64,000 nt of DNA, taken from assembly GCA_965198175.1 (NCBI GenBank), contig OZ240245.1, positions 1,504,001 to 1,568,000 on the forward strand, written 5' to 3'. Positions within the stretch are counted from its first letter, which is position 1, and every line of letters begins with the position of its first letter. Shown piece after piece: positions 60,070 to 64,000 of the stretch. The stretch comes from Candidatus Poribacteria bacterium. GTDB lineage: Bacteria; Poribacteria; WGA-4E; PCPOR2b. A program made the translations under genes and the position numbers. The notes beneath the pieces were generated by a model. The model searched no databases and had not been told where the DNA came from. It saw only the letters and a list, made by a program, of their open reading frames with translations.

Positions 60070-61311
60070 GTGAAGCGAGTCGTTATTACCGGCATCGGAG
60101 TTGTCAGCCCTGTTGGCTCATCCAAATCGGAATTTTGGGAGTCAATCGCGGCAGGTAAAAGTGGGATTGACCGGGTCACATACTTTGATCCGACAGATTT
60201 TCGAACGCAGGTTGCCGGCGAAGTCAAGGGATTCGCACCGGAGACATTTCTACCGCGTAAAGCTGTAGCACGCCTCCCCTTGTTTATTCAATACGCGCTT
60301 GTTGCCTCGATAATAGCACACCAGGATTCCAGGCTAGATCTGTCTCAGATTGACCCCTATCGCGCTGGGGTTGGCGTCGGTTCTGGGATTGGCGGACTCA
60401 GTGTTATTGAAGAAAACCACCGACTCTTGCTAGAGCGGGGACCCAAGCGAGTAAGCCCTTTCTTTGTACCTTACGAGATTATAAATATGGCTGCCGGGCA
60501 GGTCTCAATCCATTTAAATCTCAAGGGGCCGAACTTTGCGTCAGTTACTGCTTGCGCAACCGCAAACAATGCGATTGGAGAATCGTTTCGGATCATTCAA
60601 CGCGGGGACGCTGATGTGATGTTCACAGGTGGTACCGAAGCGGCGGTTACGCCATTAAGTTTTGCGGGCTTCTGTTCGATGCGTGCGATGTCTACACGTA
60701 ACGACGAACTACAGCGTGCATGCCGTCCATTTGACAAGGACCGAGATGGATTCGTGATGGGTGAAGGGGCGGGAATCTTGGTTCTGGAGTCCCTTTCACA
60801 CGCACTAAAGCGAAACGCCTACATCTATGCAGAGATCGTCGGTTTTGGAATGAGTTCTGACGCGTGCGATATGGTGCATCCTGCGGAGGGTGGAGAAGGG
60901 GCTGCCAAGGCGATGCAGTTCGCGTTACAAGATGCCCAAATCGATCCAGAGAGTGTTGACTATATCAATGCTCATGGTACTTCGACACCGGCAGGTGATG
61001 TAGCCGAAACAATCGCCATCAAAACAGTTTTCGGTGCGCATGCGAACCAGCTTGCCTTGAGTTCGACCAAATCAATGACGGGTCACTTGCTCGGCGCGGC
61101 TGGCGCGATTGAACTAATCGCCAGCGTATGCGCCATCGAAAATAGCTATATCCCTCCCACGATCAACTATGAAACCCCGGATCCAGATTGCGATCTCGAT
61201 TATGTCCCAAATCAAGGTCGTCCCGCGGATATTCAGGTCGCTATGTCTAATGCTTTTGGATTTGGAGGGCACAATACATCGATTGCGATCCGGAAATATG
61301 TAGGGACATAA
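60070..61311 (+). CDS. fabF: Beta-ketoacyl-ACP synthase II
   Basis: [48 protein letters not shown]. Confidence 0.96.
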   Translation: MKRVVITGIGVVSPVGSSKSEFWESIAAGKSGIDRVTYFDPTDFRTQVAGEVKGFAPETFLPRKAVARLPLFIQYALVASIIAHQDSRLDLSQIDPYRAGVGVGSGIGGLSVIEENHRLLLERGPKRVSPFFVPYEIINMAAGQVSIHLNLKGPNFASVTACATANNAIGESFRIIQRGDADVMFTGGTEAAVTPLSFAGFCSMRAMSTRNDELQRACRPFDKDRDGFVMGEGAGILVLESLSHALKRNAYIYAEIVGFGMSSDACDMVHPAEGGEGAAKAMQFALQDAQIDPESVDYINAHGTSTPAGDVAETIAIKTVFGAHANQLALSSTKSMTGHLLGAAGAIELIASVCAIENSYIPPTINYETPDPDCDLDYVPNQGRPADIQVAMSNAFGFGGHNTSIAIRKYVGT

Positions 61312-61319
61312 CACGTATA

Positions 61320-61370
61320 CGTGAAGCGTAAAACATTCAGCTTTCGATAATTTGCGCTTCACGATTTTTT
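61320..61370 (+). terminator. Probable terminator after fabF
   Basis: cgtgaagcgtaaa ... tttgcgcttcacg followed by a T run; the loop is long. Confidence 0.45.
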
Positions 61371-61657
61371 CCTCTTGTTCTTTCGCCTTCCTTCTAGGAT
61401 ATACCCATTATTAGCACAAAGTAAATGAGAAATCAGCCGTGACAATCCTATGGGATTATGAAGCGCGCAAGCAATCAAACAAAGCATATCCGCTTCATAT
61501 CAATTCGGATGATATCTTTTTGCCCGCCTGGATTTCTGATTGCCGCGGCATAGCTGTTTGTTCACCACGACAATCCATCAGTTAATTTGAATTTATAACT
61601 GAAAACTCGTATTATTCATCGTTTGCGTAAGGCACTACTTAATCGCAGCTTTTCCGC

Positions 61658-61686
61658 TTGACGGGTAATGGTCAGTGTAATATAAT
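61658..61686 (+). promoter_or_regulatory. Sigma70 promoter of the LamG gene cluster
   Basis: TTGACG, 17-nt spacer, TATAAT. Confidence 0.7.
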
Positions 61687-61735
61687 ATCCCAATTAGGCG
61701 GTTAAACTTTTCCGGTAGAGTATGAGGAGGTTACA

Positions 61736-62482
61736 ATGATAAGAAATGGAAACTCTTGGTACGGCTTCGCTTTGGTACTCTTCACCCTCGCTTCGGTCGC
61801 TGTCGCCAGCATAGACGACGGGCTCGTCCTCCTTTACGAATTTGAAGGCGATGGCGATGTCCTAATTGATTCAAGTGGCAATGGATTCGACGGTAAGCTT
61901 GGCACCGCCTCGCGAACGGACGTCGGACTACTCGGGAAAGGAATCGAATTCACTGCCCCGGATCAGTTCGCTGACGCCGCGGTGGATGAGGGATTGGTTG
62001 CCAAAGATGTCTTCACCATCAGTGTCTGGGCGAAACCACTCGCGCTGGATCCAGAAGGCGAAAATCGAGTGACCTACAAGCACGATCAATTCAACCTCGA
62101 CCTCCAGTTTGGACGAGGACGACTGGAAGTTCGTTCCGGGAAGCGCTGGTGGGGCACCGATGCCAGGGAGCAACCGCTTGTGGAATTAAACGAGTGGCTT
62201 CATATGGCTTTGACTTTTTCGACAACAGCGGGCGCCGCAATGTACCACAACGGAGTGCGTGTTGCTGAGAACCTGGAAGTTTCTTCGCTCGATGAAACAA
62301 ACGACTATTGGAGGCTCGGAAATCTTGGACATGCGGCGTTCGTGGGCATCATGGACCAGCATCGGTGGTATCATCGCGCAATGACTGACAGTGAGGTGTT
62401 GGAGTTGTTTGAAGAGCCGATTGCCGTCTCGCCCATCGGCACCCTGACGACATCCTGGGGCAATATCAAGCGCATGCGCTAA
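61736..62482 (+). CDS. Secreted LamG/ConA-like domain protein 1
   Basis: Signal peptide, GLVLLYEFE, FTISVW, EWLHMALT, MYHNG, FVGIMD; tail AVSPIGTLTTSWGNIK. Confidence 0.9.
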   Translation: MIRNGNSWYGFALVLFTLASVAVASIDDGLVLLYEFEGDGDVLIDSSGNGFDGKLGTASRTDVGLLGKGIEFTAPDQFADAAVDEGLVAKDVFTISVWAKPLALDPEGENRVTYKHDQFNLDLQFGRGRLEVRSGKRWWGTDAREQPLVELNEWLHMALTFSTTAGAAMYHNGVRVAENLEVSSLDETNDYWRLGNLGHAAFVGIMDQHRWYHRAMTDSEVLELFEEPIAVSPIGTLTTSWGNIKRMR

Positions 62483-62637
62483 ATTGGACGCTCGCGCTTA
62501 GCGACACGGACTCTGGCACCGGACGAGAGTTTGACGCTTTGTCGTGATGAGTTCGCCATTGCAGCCAATTCCTCAATCATAACCTTTACGTCGTACTCTG
62601 AATGATTGCGACGTCACATTTTTTGGAGGGATCAACA

Positions 62638-63414
62638 ATGAGTCACCTCCGATTTCAATTCATCGTTTGTATGGTGGTCGCCCTGGCGCTTGGGACGGTC
62701 GGGTTTGCGCTTGGAGCAGTAGATCTGGAAAGGGGGCTTGTCCTCTACTACCCATTCGAGGGCAGTGGTGCTAATCAGATTACGGACGTGAGCGGAGAAA
62801 ACAATCACGGCGAGTTCAGGGGTGCCGTGCGAACAACCGAAGGCCAGTCCGGGAAGGCGCTCGAATTCCCGACGCATGTCGACGGGGCACTTATCCCCGA
62901 GTCGCCCAGCTTGCTGGTGACAAACCACGGCGAAGGTTTCACGGTGTCCTTTTGGGGCTATCCGATCGAATGGAACACTGCCGGCAACGGTGAAAATCGT
63001 GCGGTGTATCGGCACATGCAGTACAATGTGGACTTGTTCCGCGGAGGCGGGCGATTCCACATCCAAAAGGACGGGACCTGGCCTGGAATCAATGATGCAC
63101 CAGAGATGCCCTTAGAGACATGGGTTCTGGTCACCGCGACATGGTCGCCGGACGACGGTTCTACGCTTTACCGTGACGGGATCGAAATTGCAAGCAACTC
63201 AGACATGCGTGGTGAGATTGACGAGAACAGCGAGTGGACCGCTCTCGGGTACTTTGCTCCCCACGAGGGGTACGTAGGTAGAATGGATGAGCTGCGTATC
63301 TACAGTCGCGCGATCGATGCGGACGAAGTATTTGAATTATTTGAGCCGGGTGTGTCCGTCTCACCCGAAGACTCGCTTGCTACGCTATGGGGCATTGTCA
63401 AGACGGAGCTCTAA
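62638..63414 (+). CDS. Secreted LamG/ConA-like domain protein 2
   Basis: GLVLYYPFE, FTVSFW, TWVLVTATW, GRMDELRIYSRA; tail SVSPEDSLATLWGIVK; ATG at 62638 after GGAGG. Confidence 0.9.
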   Translation: MSHLRFQFIVCMVVALALGTVGFALGAVDLERGLVLYYPFEGSGANQITDVSGENNHGEFRGAVRTTEGQSGKALEFPTHVDGALIPESPSLLVTNHGEGFTVSFWGYPIEWNTAGNGENRAVYRHMQYNVDLFRGGGRFHIQKDGTWPGINDAPEMPLETWVLVTATWSPDDGSTLYRDGIEIASNSDMRGEIDENSEWTALGYFAPHEGYVGRMDELRIYSRAIDADEVFELFEPGVSVSPEDSLATLWGIVKTEL

Positions 63415-63542
63415 AAACAACCAACAAAATGGCGCCCCGTGCAAAGCGGAGGCTGCAAAAATAGATGTTTCACGAAGGCTGCTCTTGAGCGCAGCGAAGC
63501 GTCCAGAATTACTATCCGTCATTCTAAGACGGGAGACAAGTC

Positions 63543-64000
63543 ATGAAACGACAGAAACGCTGTGCTGTACTGATAACACTTCTTGCGCTCACTATCCACG
63601 CCAGTGTTTTCGCCGCCGACATCTTAGATGGACTGATTGGTTACTGGCCATTTGACAAAGGAGAGGGTGATGCGGCTCACGATCTGGTTGGAGGACATGA
63701 TGGATCAATCAAACGCGCCGCCTGGACGGGCAGAGCGAAGTCGGGGAAGTGGGCGCTTCAATTCTCGCCTGAAGACGATGCGAAGGTTGTGATTCCTGAT
63801 GCCGAGGAACTCGATAATCTTCCGGATGGCCATACGGTGACGAACTGGATCTGGCCGGTGAGCCGGGGCGCGATGATGGATAAGTCCGGCGGTAACCACT
63901 TACGAATACAATGGTTCTTCTTTGACGATGGACGCCTCCATTGGGGTAGCGGGCCCAATTTTGCCTTTAGCGCCAAACCCGTGTCGTTCCGAAAGTGGTC
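63543..64000 (+). CDS. Secreted LamG/ConA-like domain protein 3 (runs off the window)
   Basis: Manual translation MKRQKRCAVLITLLALTIHASVFAADILDGLIGYWPFDKGEGDAAHD...GKWALQF...HTVTNWI; open to the window end. Confidence 0.85.
   Translation, partial: MKRQKRCAVLITLLALTIHASVFAADILDGLIGYWPFDKGEGDAAHDLVGGHDGSIKRAAWTGRAKSGKWALQFSPEDDAKVVIPDAEELDNLPDGHTVTNWIWPVSRGAMMDKSGGNHLRIQWFFFDDGRLHWGSGPNFAFSAKPVSFRKW

Overview
Bacterial chromosomal window, probably Candidatus Poribacteria or a relative (inferred from the tandem LamG proteins ending in a 'VSPxxxLxTxWGxxK' tail and the secreted WD40 protein with an 'LPEGAIARLGKG' lead-in; not confirmed). Housekeeping blocks: the 5' end of gltB; an 11-gene complex I-like operon (nuoABCDHIJKLMN, no nuoEFG) with a Rex/CRP-type palindrome in its leader; tRNA-Gln, -Glu and -Pro; rqcH; argF; Mn-type SOD; a T-box-controlled ilvBNC operon; hom-lysC; and yceD-rpmF-fabHDG-acpP-fabF without plsX. 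A variable region at about 18.3-27.6 kb holds a lipoprotein, recQ, a membrane-protein gene split by a decayed IS630 element, and a 3.7-kb cassette (WD40 protein plus two tandem paralogues) bracketed by two divergent copies of the 3' end of an ELM1-family gene. The best leads are that duplicated gene end, a NuoI with an extra beta-rich domain between its Fe-S motifs, a crystallin / long flotillin / Zn-finger-CBM chimera gene trio, a putative Val T-box, and a shared C-terminal motif on the LamG proteins. All calls come from reading motifs by eye; no searches were run.
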